Shown: positions 31,015 through 41,800, numbered from the stretch's first letter. The stretch is DNA of 64,000 bases from Patescibacteria group bacterium (GCA_004297215.1 SCUM01000001.1:612275-676274), one strand, 5' to 3'. Notes: generated by a model from the sequence alone, not told the origin. Program-made: numbers and translations.

Positions 31015-31089
31015 TTATTTCGCCTTGCAGCGGGTCTTGCAGCGCGGCTTGCATGCCTTGCGCTTCTTCGCGACCTTGGCTTTGGCCAT
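31015..31089 (-). CDS. 24-aa Lys/Arg/Cys-rich peptide
   Basis: MAKAKVAKKRKACKPRCKTRCKAK; TGCTATACT extended -10 upstream; hairpin after the stop. Confidence 0.55.
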   Translation of the reverse strand: MAKAKVAKKRKACKPRCKTRCKAK

Positions 31090-31184
31090 AAGGTGGAGGG
31101 ATGAAGAATGATACGGACAGTATAGCACCCGATCGATTGACGATGAAGGTCTCGGATGATACGTTGCCGACGCCTTTTGGCCAC

Positions 31185-31274
31185 GGAGAGGTGGCAGAGC
31201 GGTCGAATGCGTCAGACTCGAAATCTGATGTACCCGCAAGGGTACCGTGAGTTCGAATCTCACCCTCTCCGCCA
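31185..31274 (+). tRNA. tRNA-Ser(CGA)
   Basis: TCAGA-CTCGAAA-TCTGA anticodon arm, long variable arm, G73, CCA. Confidence 0.97.
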
Positions 31275-31358
31275 TGAAAAGCCGTCCGGTCCACCGGACG
31301 GCTTTTCATTCGGCTTCCGGGACCGGGTCCTGGTTTTTGCGCTATACTCCCCCTCGCT

Positions 31359-32234
31359 ATGACCCTGGGTGACTGGTGGAACCTGATCCGCGGCGTGCCC
31401 ACACAGGCCGGGCGGCCGCTGCCGGAAGGGTTCGTACACCCGTATGAGGACGCCGCCTACGTGATGGGCGGCTTCCGCACAAACGACTCGGCGATCCTTG
31501 TCCGAAACGGGTCTGTGCTTGGCGCGCGCTGGCGCGTGGGGCCGTTTAGCGTGGAGTCGTATTTTTCAGACACCGAGCCGTCAATCGCCTTGCACGATCG
31601 GCCGCGCATGGTGATGTGGCAGCCGCTCACGAGGCTCGACACACCCAAAGGCTGGTACCGGCCGCCCGTGCAGCTGCAGTCGCGCCAGCACGGGGTGGTG
31701 GACCTGGGGGCGGGAGGAGAATATTGGAAGGACTGGTCGAGCCACGCGCAGCGGCATCGGCGAAAATGGCTGCGCGACGAGGCGCACGAGATCGTGGAGG
31801 TCGCCTTCCCCGAATACGCGGCGGCGTACCGCGCCTCGGGCAAGCTCCCGTTCATGCGCGAGGACTTCCTCAAGATCATCGCGCGTCGGCTTGAGACGCA
31901 GGGCTCGAACATGCGCCTGCTCGTCGCGCGCGAGAAGGTGACGCGGCGGATCATCGCCGGCCTCGCCGTGCTCGACCTCCCCGACACGCGGCAAACGGTG
32001 CACGTGAGCGCCTTCCTCCATCCCGACGCCCATCGCACGAGCGTCGGCTACGGGCTCATCGACGCCTGGGCCTCCCAAAGCCTCGCCTCCGGCATCCGGT
32101 TCCTCTTCCTCGGACTCGTCTGGTACCCCGGCGACATGCGCGGCTGGAAGGGGTATTCCAAATTCAAGCGCCAGTTCGCTCCGCATCTCATCGTGTACCC
32201 GAATGCGTTGGTACGATTAGTGCGTAGGACGTAG
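31359..32234 (+). CDS. FemAB-like / GNAT-fold transferase
   Basis: VVDL..W.S.A.R.RRK, IIAG, FLG, GWKGYSKFKRQF pattern typical of the Fem/GNAT C-terminal domain. Confidence 0.7.
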   Translation: MTLGDWWNLIRGVPTQAGRPLPEGFVHPYEDAAYVMGGFRTNDSAILVRNGSVLGARWRVGPFSVESYFSDTEPSIALHDRPRMVMWQPLTRLDTPKGWYRPPVQLQSRQHGVVDLGAGGEYWKDWSSHAQRHRRKWLRDEAHEIVEVAFPEYAAAYRASGKLPFMREDFLKIIARRLETQGSNMRLLVAREKVTRRIIAGLAVLDLPDTRQTVHVSAFLHPDAHRTSVGYGLIDAWASQSLASGIRFLFLGLVWYPGDMRGWKGYSKFKRQFAPHLIVYPNALVRLVRRT

Positions 32235-32326
32235 GGGGTAGTGCGTAGAGGGATGATTGATTGCGGTTTTAGACGTAATACGCAAGAATTCCACCTACGC
32301 ACTACGAACTACCAACTACGCACTCT

Positions 32327-33190
32327 ATGATCCGCAAAGCGATCATCCCTGTCGCCGGCATGGGAACCAGATTCCTCCCCGCTTCCAAGGCGCAACCGAA
32401 GGAGATGCTTGCCGTGGTCGACAAGCCGGTCATCCAGTACATCGTCGAAGAAGCCGTCGCGAGCGGGATCGAGGAGATCATCTTCGTCACCTCCATCGGG
32501 AAGCGCGCCATCGAAGACCATTTTGACCGCAACTTCGAGCTCGAATATCGCTTGGAACAGAAGAAGAAGATGAAGGAACTCTCCCTCGTCGGGGCGATCG
32601 GCAAACTGGCCAAATTCGCCTTCGTGCGCCAGACGAAACCCCTGGGCGACGGGCATGCGGTACTCGCGGCGCTCCCCTTCATCGACCGGCACGAGCCGGT
32701 GGCGGTGCTGTTCGGCGACGACATCATCGACGGCAAGGTCCCGGCGCTCAAGCAGTTGCTTGAGGTGTACGAAAAATATCAGGACCCGGTGGTGGCCTTG
32801 CAACAGGTTCCGAAAAAGGACGTGTCGAGCTACGGGGTGATTGGCGGGAAGAAGATCAATAAGGCCACCTGGGAGGTGAAGACCTTCGTCGAGAAGCCGG
32901 CCGTGAAGGACGCGCCGAGCAACAACATCGTGATCGGCCGGTACGTGCTCACGCCCGACGTGCTTGCCGTGCTCGAGGACCAGCGCGCCGGCAAGGATGG
33001 GGAGATCCGCCTCGCCGACGCCTTCGCCACCTATCTGCAATCCGGCCGACCCATCTACGGCCACCTGTTCGAGGGCACCCGATACGACTGCGGCAACAAG
33101 CTCGGGTTCCTGAAGGCGCAGATAGAATTGGGACTGAAACATCCGGAAGTCGGGAAGGAGCTGAGGAAGTACCTGCGCGCCGTCCGTTAG
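32327..33190 (+). CDS. galU: UTP--glucose-1-phosphate uridylyltransferase
   Basis: KAIIPVAGMGTRFLPASKAQPKEML, EDHFD, VEKP, RYDCGNKLG. Confidence 0.96.
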   Translation: MIRKAIIPVAGMGTRFLPASKAQPKEMLAVVDKPVIQYIVEEAVASGIEEIIFVTSIGKRAIEDHFDRNFELEYRLEQKKKMKELSLVGAIGKLAKFAFVRQTKPLGDGHAVLAALPFIDRHEPVAVLFGDDIIDGKVPALKQLLEVYEKYQDPVVALQQVPKKDVSSYGVIGGKKINKATWEVKTFVEKPAVKDAPSNNIVIGRYVLTPDVLAVLEDQRAGKDGEIRLADAFATYLQSGRPIYGHLFEGTRYDCGNKLGFLKAQIELGLKHPEVGKELRKYLRAVR

Positions 33191-33250
33191 TCGAAACGCG
33201 TCATCCTGGATGACGCGTTTTCGGATCCATAGTAAAATGGCGTCAATTCT

Positions 33251-34633
33251 ATGACATTCTCCAAACGCTCGATTGCCGGCGCGCTCCTGACCGCGCTCGT
33301 CCTCACCGGCCAAGGCTGCGGCGGCCCCAGCGCGGCCGAAGTGGCGGCAACGAAGCCCGTCACCCTCACCGTGTGGCGCGTGTTCGACACGGCGAACACC
33401 ATGCGTGACATCATGGACGCGTACACGAAGGTGCATACGAACGTGTCGTTCAAGTACGTGCAGCTGCGTCCCGAGGAATACCGGGACGAGCTCCTGCGAG
33501 CGTTCGCCGAAGGCAAGGGTCCGGACATCTTCTCGGTGCACAACGACGGCATGGGCGAATTCAAGAGCCTCATGGCCCCGCTGCCGGCAACCCTCAAGAT
33601 CCCCTATACGACCGTGACCGGCTCCGTCAAGAAGGAAAAGGTGACGGTCATCCGCGAGGATCCCACCATCACCCCGCGCGAGGTGCGCCGCGACTTCCTC
33701 GACGTGGTGGCGGGCGACGTCGTGCTCCCGTTCCAGGCCACGCAGAACGCCCCCACCGAAGAAAAGGTGTACGGCCTCCCGCTCTTCGTGGACACCATGG
33801 CGCTGTACGTGAACCGTGACCTCTTGAACGCGGCCGGCATCGCGGAGCCGCCCGTCACGTGGGACGAGTTCCAGGCCGCCGTGATGAAGCTCACCAAGGT
33901 GGGCCCGAACAACGAGATCATCCAGTCCGGCGCCGCGCTGGGCACCGGGGCCAACGTGGAGCGCGCGTTCGACATCCTGTCGGTGCTCATGATGCAAAAC
34001 GGCACCCAGATGACGGATTCCCGCGGAAACCCGACCTTCGGCTCCTACGAGACTCCCGCGCACACGAATCCCGGGCAGGACGCCGTGCGCTTTTACACCG
34101 ATTTCGCCAATCCCACCAAGGAGGTGTACGGCTGGAACGCGCAGCAACCCAACTCCTTCGACGCGTTCGTGGCGGGAAAGACCGCGTTCTTCTTCGGCTA
34201 CGCCTACCACCTCCCACGCATCCGCGCCCGCGCGCCCAAGATGAACGTCGAGGTGAGCCCCATGCCGCAGATCAAGGACAGCCGCGCGGTGAACATGGCC
34301 AACTACTGGATCGAGACCGTGTCAAAGGCGAGCAAGAACCAGAACTTCGCCTGGGACTTCGTGCAGTTCGCCGCCTCGGCCGAACAGGTGCCGAGCTACT
34401 TGAAGGCCGCCGCAAGGCCCACGGCGCGGCGCGCCCTCATCCAGTCCCAGGTGAACGACGAGGACCTCGCGGTGTTCGTGGGGCAGCTTCTCACGGCCAA
34501 GGATTGGTACCGCGGGGCGGACGCCGCGACGGCCGAGGCCGCCTTTGAGAAGCTGATCGACGACGTGCTCGCCGGCATGGACGTGGAAGACGCCATAAAG
34601 TCCGCCCAGAACCGCGTGATCCAAACCTTATGA
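33251..34633 (+). CDS. Extracellular solute-binding lipoprotein (family 1)
   Basis: LTGQGC lipobox, GPDIF, LPLFVDTMALYVN, PPVTWDEF, AWDFVQF. Confidence 0.88.
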   Translation: MTFSKRSIAGALLTALVLTGQGCGGPSAAEVAATKPVTLTVWRVFDTANTMRDIMDAYTKVHTNVSFKYVQLRPEEYRDELLRAFAEGKGPDIFSVHNDGMGEFKSLMAPLPATLKIPYTTVTGSVKKEKVTVIREDPTITPREVRRDFLDVVAGDVVLPFQATQNAPTEEKVYGLPLFVDTMALYVNRDLLNAAGIAEPPVTWDEFQAAVMKLTKVGPNNEIIQSGAALGTGANVERAFDILSVLMMQNGTQMTDSRGNPTFGSYETPAHTNPGQDAVRFYTDFANPTKEVYGWNAQQPNSFDAFVAGKTAFFFGYAYHLPRIRARAPKMNVEVSPMPQIKDSRAVNMANYWIETVSKASKNQNFAWDFVQFAASAEQVPSYLKAAARPTARRALIQSQVNDEDLAVFVGQLLTAKDWYRGADAATAEAAFEKLIDDVLAGMDVEDAIKSAQNRVIQTL

Positions 34634-35211
34634 GCGCCATCTGCAACGGGGCGTCCTGCACGGTCGCGGAGGTCGGCAGGTTCATGGCCGGCATCAGCAA
34701 GGCGTGCGGCAATGAGGGCAACTGCCAGCTGCCGGACATCATGCAGGTGATCGTGAACATCGGGAATTTCGTACTCGGACTCGTGGGCGCGGTCGTGTTC
34801 CTCATGTACGTCATCGGCGGGTTCTGGTTCATCTTCGCGCACGGCAACATGGAATACGTGAAGAAGGGAAAGACCATGATGACGACCGCCACCGTCGGAT
34901 TGTTCATCGTGTTCTTCGCCTTTGCGGGGATCCAGACCTTGAAGAGCGTGCTCTCAGGCACGACCGCGGTACAGAAAGGCGGCAAGTACGTCCTGTGCAC
35001 AGGGACGGCGACCGAAGACCAGGCCTGCGCCCTCAACAGCACCTGCAAGGGGTTCGTATGCACGAGCACCTGCGATGCCGACCACCCCAACGGCGATTTC
35101 CTATGCGCAGACAAGAACGATCCGTTCACCGCGCAGCGGATCACGAGCGAATGCGAACCCAAAAAATGCCCTGGAGGCGATGCGGTGCAGTGTTGCAGAC
35201 TGAAGAAATGA
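34630..35211 (+). CDS. VirB2/TrbC-like pilin with Cys-rich extensions
   Basis: GGFWFIFAHGN...KGK...A.VGL two-TM pilin core; Cys-rich C-terminus ending QCC. Confidence 0.8.
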   Translation: MSAICNGASCTVAEVGRFMAGISKACGNEGNCQLPDIMQVIVNIGNFVLGLVGAVVFLMYVIGGFWFIFAHGNMEYVKKGKTMMTTATVGLFIVFFAFAGIQTLKSVLSGTTAVQKGGKYVLCTGTATEDQACALNSTCKGFVCTSTCDADHPNGDFLCADKNDPFTAQRITSECEPKKCPGGDAVQCCRLKK

Positions 35212-35741
35212 TTCCTCTTCCTATGAACCGCCTTACTCTCATCCTTACGTCACTCGCCCTCTCGGCCAGCCTTCTCCCGACGCCCGTGTCGGCGCAAGCC
35301 GGACCCCAGACGTGCGTGGACTCCTGCATAACGCTGTGCGCGACGGATCCTGACAGTCCAGACTGTCCGGATCCTCCCAATGAGGAAGGGTGCAACGCGC
35401 AGTGCGGCATTGCCCCTCCGACCACTCCGCCGGAGACGTCGGTCGGCGCACCAGCTCCGACCCCGCCTCCTGCCGACGTCCCCCGCACCCTCCAGAATCC
35501 GCTCGGCACCTCCGACCTGCGCCAGGTCATCGGCAACATCGTGCGGGCGCTCCTGGGATTTGCAGGGGCCGGGGCCTTGCTCATGTTCGTGTGGGGAGGG
35601 TTCCAGTTCATGATGGCCGCCGGGAACCCGAAGAACGTGGAGAAGGGCAAGCTGACGCTGATTTGGGCCACCGTAGGACTTGTGGTAATATTCTCGGCAT
35701 ACACCCTGCTCGACACCCTTATCAAGGCCCTGTCGGGATAG
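35208..35741 (+). CDS. VirB2/TrbC-like pilin with Cys/Pro-rich N-terminal domain
   Basis: LQNPLG, WGGFQFMMAAGN...KGK..LIWATVGL. Confidence 0.8.
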   Translation: MIPLPMNRLTLILTSLALSASLLPTPVSAQAGPQTCVDSCITLCATDPDSPDCPDPPNEEGCNAQCGIAPPTTPPETSVGAPAPTPPPADVPRTLQNPLGTSDLRQVIGNIVRALLGFAGAGALLMFVWGGFQFMMAAGNPKNVEKGKLTLIWATVGLVVIFSAYTLLDTLIKALSG

Positions 35742-35793
35742 CGTGCTCTAAGCCACATTCATTCCTTAATCCTGTCTCATCAGGAGACGTCAT

Positions 35794-36216
35794 ATGCAGA
35801 AATCGTTCGCAAGGATCGCCGGCAAAGCCGCCGGCATCGCCGCAGCGGCCCAGGGCGCCCTCATCGCCGCGCACGTCAAGGCCCAGGCCCTCACGGGCGA
35901 GGAACTGTTCGGCGGCGCCGGGAGCACCACCGGCGGGACCGATTTCGCGGCCGCCGCAGGCCTCGGCTCCGGCGACCTTACCGACACCATCGCCTCCATC
36001 ATCCGCACGGCGCTCGGATTCCTGGGCGTGGTCGCGGTGGTCATCACCCTGTACGGCGGCTTCCTGTGGATGACATCCGCCGGCAACGACGACAAGGTGA
36101 AGTCCGCCAAGAAGGTGATGATCTCGGGCATCATCGGCCTCGTCATCATCCTCTCCGCCTTTGCCCTCGCGAACTTCGTCATCACCCAGCTCTCCGGCGC
36201 CACGGCCGGGGCCTGA
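35794..36216 (+). CDS. VirB2/TrbC-like pilin
   Basis: YGGFLWMTSAGNDDKVKSAKK..GIIGL; AGGAG RBS. Confidence 0.88.
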   Translation: MQKSFARIAGKAAGIAAAAQGALIAAHVKAQALTGEELFGGAGSTTGGTDFAAAAGLGSGDLTDTIASIIRTALGFLGVVAVVITLYGGFLWMTSAGNDDKVKSAKKVMISGIIGLVIILSAFALANFVITQLSGATAGA

Positions 36217-36302
36217 TCCTTTCCCCATTCCCCCTCCAAAGCCCCGCAAGGGCGAAGGAGGGGTCATGGCTCGAGCTCCGACCGCCGGTCGAGGCTCGCG
36301 CT

Positions 36303-36797
36303 ATGGCAACCCAGGCTTCGGACCTGATCTCAGGCGGACTGAATAAGGCGGCGGGCACGGCTGGATTCGGTACCGTTGCTGCCAGCGCACCTTCCAACCT
36401 TGGGGTTCTCATCGGCAAGCTCCTTTCCGCGGTGCTCGGCATCCTGGGCCTCGCGCTCGTCGTCTTGCTCATCTACGGCGGCATCCTGTATCTTACGGCT
36501 GCGGGGAACGAGGAGAACGTGAAGAAAGCCAAGCGCACCATCATGAACGCCGTCATAGGCATCGTGATCGTCGCCTCCTCTTACGCCCTCGCGAGTTTCG
36601 TGGTTTCACAGCTGCAGCGTGCGGGGAGAGAAGAGATCGAACTCACTTCCCAGGAGCTTGCCGAGATTTGTGCGCTGGATCCGACCAGCTCTGCGTGCCC
36701 GCAGGGCGCTGGTACGTCAGGAAGCGGAACCTCTGGTGGAGGTGGTACCCCATGTCCTCCGGGTCAGACCTTCGTGAATGGAGCATGTAGCTTCTAA
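36303..36797 (+). CDS. VirB2/TrbC-like pilin with Cys/Gly-rich tail
   Basis: YGGILYLTAAGNEENVKKAK..NAVIG; start uncertain. Confidence 0.82.
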   Translation: MATQASDLISGGLNKAAGTAGFGTVAASAPSNLGVLIGKLLSAVLGILGLALVVLLIYGGILYLTAAGNEENVKKAKRTIMNAVIGIVIVASSYALASFVVSQLQRAGREEIELTSQELAEICALDPTSSACPQGAGTSGSGTSGGGGTPCPPGQTFVNGACSF

Positions 36798-36821
36798 AAA
36801 CAATTGGTTCATAACGACCAT

Positions 36822-37205
36822 ATGAAACGTCTTTCTCTCAAGCTTTCCGCCGCCGCGTCGGCCGCTTCCCTCGCGCTCGCCCCGCTCGCCACCCGCGCTG
36901 CCATCACGCTGGACAAAGGACTCGCCGATATCGAAAGCGCCTCGGGCCTCACGGGCGGCGAGGGCGGCCTTCCCGCGCTCATCGGCAACCTCATCAAGGG
37001 GGTGCTCGGGGTGCTGGGCATCATCCTCGTCATCTACCTCGTGTGGGCCGGATTCAAGTGGATGACCGCGGCCGGAGACAGCAAGAAGGTGGATGAGGCG
37101 AAAGCCATGATCCAGAACGCGGTGATCGGCATCGTCATCGTGGTCGCCGCCTACGCCATCGCGAGCTTCGTCATCAAACTGCTCTCGACCGCGGTCGGCG
37201 GCTAG
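36822..37205 (+). CDS. VirB2/TrbC-like pilin
   Basis: WAGFKWMTAAGDSKKVDEAK..NAVIG. Confidence 0.88.
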   Translation: MKRLSLKLSAAASAASLALAPLATRAAITLDKGLADIESASGLTGGEGGLPALIGNLIKGVLGVLGIILVIYLVWAGFKWMTAAGDSKKVDEAKAMIQNAVIGIVIVVAAYAIASFVIKLLSTAVGG

Positions 37206-37306
37206 TCGCGGACACAATCGGAATTCAAAAGCGCCCTTCCCCACGAACCAGGGAGGGCGCTTTGTTTCCAGATTTCGTTGACGCTGGAAACCGCGTCATT
37301 GGCGTT

Positions 37307-37888
37307 TTACGCCGGTCTGCACGTGTGCGGACTGTGCACCACGTGCTGGCTCCGTCCGAACATCTTGTACGTGCACGTCCCGACTCGCTCGGTCTGCGTG
37401 CTGTAGACCGAGTCGTTGATCGGGACGAAGACGAACGTGTCGAACGCCGCCTCGTCGCCGAACTTGAACCGCTTCAGGTCCGCCTGCGTCGTGTGGCCGG
37501 CGTAGACCCTTCCGTCGGGAAGCGTCACGTAGCCATCGAGCAGGCACGTCTGCTCCGTGCCCGGCCGCTTCATCACGCTGTAGCCGACCAGCGTGAGCTC
37601 TCCCCCGCCCTTCGACGGGCAGTAGAGACGCGGCACGTCGTCAGCGACGAACCGGTTGGCGTCCTCCCGCAGGGAAGCGACGCACAGGCCGATGCTCGCG
37701 TGCCCACACTCCGTGGTGGCCATGCGGGCGAGCGCGGGGTTGGCGGGGATGAACGGCATCTCCGTCGGTTGTCCCGGCATCACCACCTGCGGCGGGACGA
37801 AGGTCCCGAACGGGGTAGTACAGGTGCCACAGGCAGTGTTGAGACCGACTGTGATGAGAACGAGGACGACGCTGATGATCTGGTTCAT
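37307..37888 (-). CDS. Hypothetical Cys-rich exported protein/lipoprotein
   Basis: Signal peptide with LNTAC, 8 Cys; AGGAG RBS. Confidence 0.65.
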   Translation of the reverse strand: MNQIISVVLVLITVGLNTACGTCTTPFGTFVPPQVVMPGQPTEMPFIPANPALARMATTECGHASIGLCVASLREDANRFVADDVPRLYCPSKGGGELTLVGYSVMKRPGTEQTCLLDGYVTLPDGRVYAGHTTQADLKRFKFGDEAAFDTFVFVPINDSVYSTQTERVGTCTYKMFGRSQHVVHSPHTCRPA

Positions 37889-37924
37889 GGTGTGCTCCTG
37901 TGTCTGGGTGGGTGTGTGGAACTG

Positions 37925-38506
37925 CTAGTCGTCATCTCCGACCATTTTGGTGAGCGCGTCGACATCGCTGTCGAGCTCCTTGATGGCCGCGCCGTGCTCA
38001 TCGACCGTCTTCTTCAGGTCCGCCGGCGCCGACGTTGCCGCCGTGCCGGGCGAGATCACCTGCGGCGGGGCCGTGGCGGCTCCGAGCAGGGCACAGTCGA
38101 TCGGATCGCTGCACAGGCCACCGCCGTACGCCCCATTGGCGCCAAGGCGGTGCACGCTCTCGTGCTCGTTCTCGGTGCGCGCGAGCAAGGCCGCGTCCTG
38201 GGCCCCCACGGCGTCCGTGGTGACCGTCCGCTGCTTGCCGGCGATGAGCCATTTCAGGCACTTGCCCGCCGTGACGTTTCCCTTGCCGTCGTCGATGCGC
38301 TCGTGCTCGGCGCACCGGTCGGGCACCGGGGCCTTTACGACCTGGCCGGTCTTCTCGTCGACCTTGGACTGATACTCCGGCTCGAAGTCCTCGATCACCA
38401 CCTTGGTATTGGTGGGATGGAAGAACCCTTCGAGGCTGACCGGGGTCGAGCAGCCGGCGAGGGCCGCGACGAACAGGATCACGAACGTGGTTGCGATGTC
38501 GTTCAC
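37925..38506 (-). CDS. Hypothetical lipoprotein with C-terminal coiled coil
   Basis: GTG start, LAGC lipobox; TTGACA-17-TATATT promoter about 100 nt upstream. Confidence 0.7.
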   Translation of the reverse strand: MNDIATTFVILFVAALAGCSTPVSLEGFFHPTNTKVVIEDFEPEYQSKVDEKTGQVVKAPVPDRCAEHERIDDGKGNVTAGKCLKWLIAGKQRTVTTDAVGAQDAALLARTENEHESVHRLGANGAYGGGLCSDPIDCALLGAATAPPQVISPGTAATSAPADLKKTVDEHGAAIKELDSDVDALTKMVGDDD

Positions 38507-38850
38507 TTGGAACTCTCTTTCTTTGGATTGTGAGGGTGCGAATCCCTCTGGGTGACGGGGTTGAGAAATGGTTTGCTGACCTGCCGTATCTGGAAAAACC
38601 CCAATTCCAGAACGTGTGAATATACCACTTTTTTGGGGTTTTGTCAAGGGGAAGAGGTTGATAAATTGGCTGTAATTAGCAAAATGAAGGATGTAGTATG
38701 AAGAATGTAGGATACAAAAAAGCGCTCGTTTCCGACGCTTTCCATTCATCCTTCATCCTACAGTCTTCATCCTTCATTCTGCTCCCCAATAAAAAAAGCT
38801 GGTTGCCATGGGAGTACCCATGACTTCCAGCCTCCGTGTAGCCTCTTCTT

Positions 38851-41800
38851 TCAGCCCGTGCACCCGAGGAGCTTCATCCGCTCCGCCGACAGCCCGTACT
38901 TGGCCGCCTTGGCGCACTTGTCCGTCTTCTTCGGCTTGTCGTTGGAAGCGGTCTTTCCGTGACCGCCGCCTCCGTTGCCGTTGCCATTCGACGCGCCCTT
39001 GTCAGCGACGGTCGTCGGCTTCTTCTCGCCCTTCAGCTCGGCCAGCTCGCCTTGCAGGGCCTTCAGCTCTGCCTTGAGCTTCGTCACGTCAGCCTTTGCT
39101 GCCGTGCCCTGCCTTTCGAACTCTTCCCGCTCGCTGATGGAGATGCCCTTCTGCTTGCTCATCTCCTTCAGCCCTTCTGCTTTCCCCTCTGCGTCGACAA
39201 TTTCGGCCGGGATCGCGAGGATCCGCGCCGAGATCTCCTTGCGCCGGAGGAGCTTGGCCTTCTCCTCGTCCGTCTCCACGCCCGCACGGAGGGCCTCCAC
39301 CTCGCGCTTCTTGTTTGCGAGGTCCTTCATGGACCCGATCTCCGCCGTCGCTTGCTCGGCGAGCGCGTCGGCCGCCGTCACGACCACCGTCGTCACGTCG
39401 GCGCGGACCTTCTTCGCCGCTTCATACCTGTCCTTACTGATCGGCGCGAACGTTGAGAAGTCCGGTGCGGTGTTTCCGCCGAATCCGGGAATGGTTTTGG
39501 TCTTCCCGTCCGGCGTGGTGACCGTCATCTCCGAACCCTTCACGAAGAACGATCCGACCACCGCCGCCGCGAGCACCACCGAGACGCCGGTCACGGGGAT
39601 CCAAGCGAACTTGTGATCCTTGAACCGGTACCAGGCGGCAAACGCCGCCGCCGCGACCACGACCAGGATAGCGACCGCCACCAGGAACGCCGCATTCACC
39701 TGCACGCCGTACCAGAGGCCGCGGAGGACGTCCTGGAGGTGCGTCGACGACTGGTACAGGGTCCAGACGAGCGCCGCCACCACCACCGTCGGGATGAGCC
39801 AGTAGCACAGCAACGCGCTGCGCTTCATAAGCGACACCCAGATCCGGTCGATACTGCTTAGCTTGCTCTCGTCCTCCTTCCCGTCCTCGCCCCTGGCCTT
39901 GCGCAGCACCTGCTCCGCGTTGCTCATCTGCGCCCAGTGCGCCACGTAGAGCCCCATCACGCCCAGGGTGAGCGCAAGCCGCATGCCGAACGGGTACTTG
40001 GCACCCGGGTCCATCCACTCGAGCACCGCCGCGTACGCCGTCCCGATGCCCAGCACGACCAGCCCGAGCATGACCAGGTTGCGGAACTTCGTGATCGTCC
40101 CGGGCGTGTCGTCCTTGTAGTTCAGTCCCTGGTCGGTGCGGTCGAGCATCTCCTGCAGCAAGGTCGCCACCGGAGCGGTGAGGACCACCCCGACGATGCC
40201 CGCGAGCAGAGAGAACGCCGCCCCGACGAATCCGCCACCCATCGCGCCGAGTACCGTCACGACGACGGCCGCGGCGAGCGGGATAGCGTACGCCCAGAGC
40301 ACCTTCGGCACCGCCTCGATGAACCTCCGCGCCCGTCCCTTCTTGGGCGGCGGGGGCGGAGGTGGCGGGGGTTGCACGGCCGACTTCTTGGCCACTTCGA
40401 ACGCCTCGTCATGCGCCTTGCCAATAAGTGCCATGAGGCGTTTGCGGTGGCGCTCGGCCAAGTCGACGGCCTTTTGCAACGCCTGCGGATCCGTGGAAGG
40501 CGGATTCGCGGGCTTCAAACCATCCGCGACGGTCCGCGCCCAGTCGAAGCTGTTGGTGGGGTTCTTCCCCACCTTTGCTTGCGTCTGGCCGATGCGCAGG
40601 CACATGAACGCTTGCTTGCGCAGGCTCTTGATCTTAAACACCGATCCGAGCGCCGCATCGAACGCCGCCTTCGTGTCCTCGCCAGCCTTGGCTTGCGCCT
40701 CGGCAACGGCGAGGAACATCTCCGCCCTCTTCTGCGGATCCTCCTCGGCCCGCGCCTCGAGCGCCGTCGCGAGCGCGCCGGACAGGTCCGGCTTCTCCAC
40801 GACGACCGCCGCCGGCTCCTCATCTTCCTTCTTGAGGAGGCCGCCGACGAAGTTCACCACCGTGACCGCGCCGAGCCCCGCCTTGTTGGCAAGCTCCTGC
40901 CTGCCCTTGGCGAAGGCGCGGATGGCCGCCGTGACGTCGTCGAAGCCCTTGTCAGTGAGCTCGCCGTCGTCGTCGAACACGTCGTTCTCGACCAGGGCCG
41001 CTGCGACTTCGCTCGGGAGGTTCATCACCTCGTCGAGATACCCGTGGCCTTCGATCTGCTTGAACAGATCTGGGCTGCGATGCGCGGCGGAGCCATAGGC
41101 GATGGCGATGGCGATGACGTTGCCGTCGATCTCCTTGCGCTCTCCGGGCTTCGCCTCTCCCTCCGCCGGCGCCGCCGCTTTCTTGGCCTCGTCGGCGATG
41201 CGCCGGGCGACCTCGGGCTCGCAGTGCTTGCACACCGCGCTCCCCCCGATGGCTGCCGCGGCTTTCGCTGAGACGAACCGCAGGTTCTTAGTGAAGTCTT
41301 TCGCGTTCGCCTGCAGGAGGGACCCGACCTCGCACAGGAGGACGGGATCCTTCTTCGAGTCGACGGCGACGTTGCCGTCACCGTCGAGCTGCACGGCGTG
41401 GAACACGCCGTCGAGCGTGATCGCGATCGGCCCTTCGAGCGTCTCCCGCTTCGCCACGACCTTCGTCTTGGCGTCGAGGACGGAGTCTCCCGAGCTCGGC
41501 GTCTCGTTCACGTCCTTGATCGGACGCGCCTTGGCCGCGTCGAGGGCGCTCAGGCCCTCGGACAACGTCTGCAGACTGAACTTCTTGACGAGCTGCGAAA
41601 TGAGCCCTGGTCCGAACTCCTTATCGAGGGGAAGCGCGTAGGCCGCATCCGCGAGCAGGGCCGCAATGACTTCGACCGCCACCTCGAGGCTGGGAAGCTT
41701 CAAGGTGATATCCGTCAGCTTCTTCGTGAGCGGCCCGCCTGAGAGCCCCATCTCCTTCAGGTCCTGCACGAGGTGCGGGAGCTGCTGACGGAACTCCTCG

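Noticed and set aside
34630-37205. Conjugative element or diversity-generating retroelement acting on the pilins
   Set aside because: No relaxase, VirB4/VirD4, reverse transcriptase or TR/VR pair visible in the window
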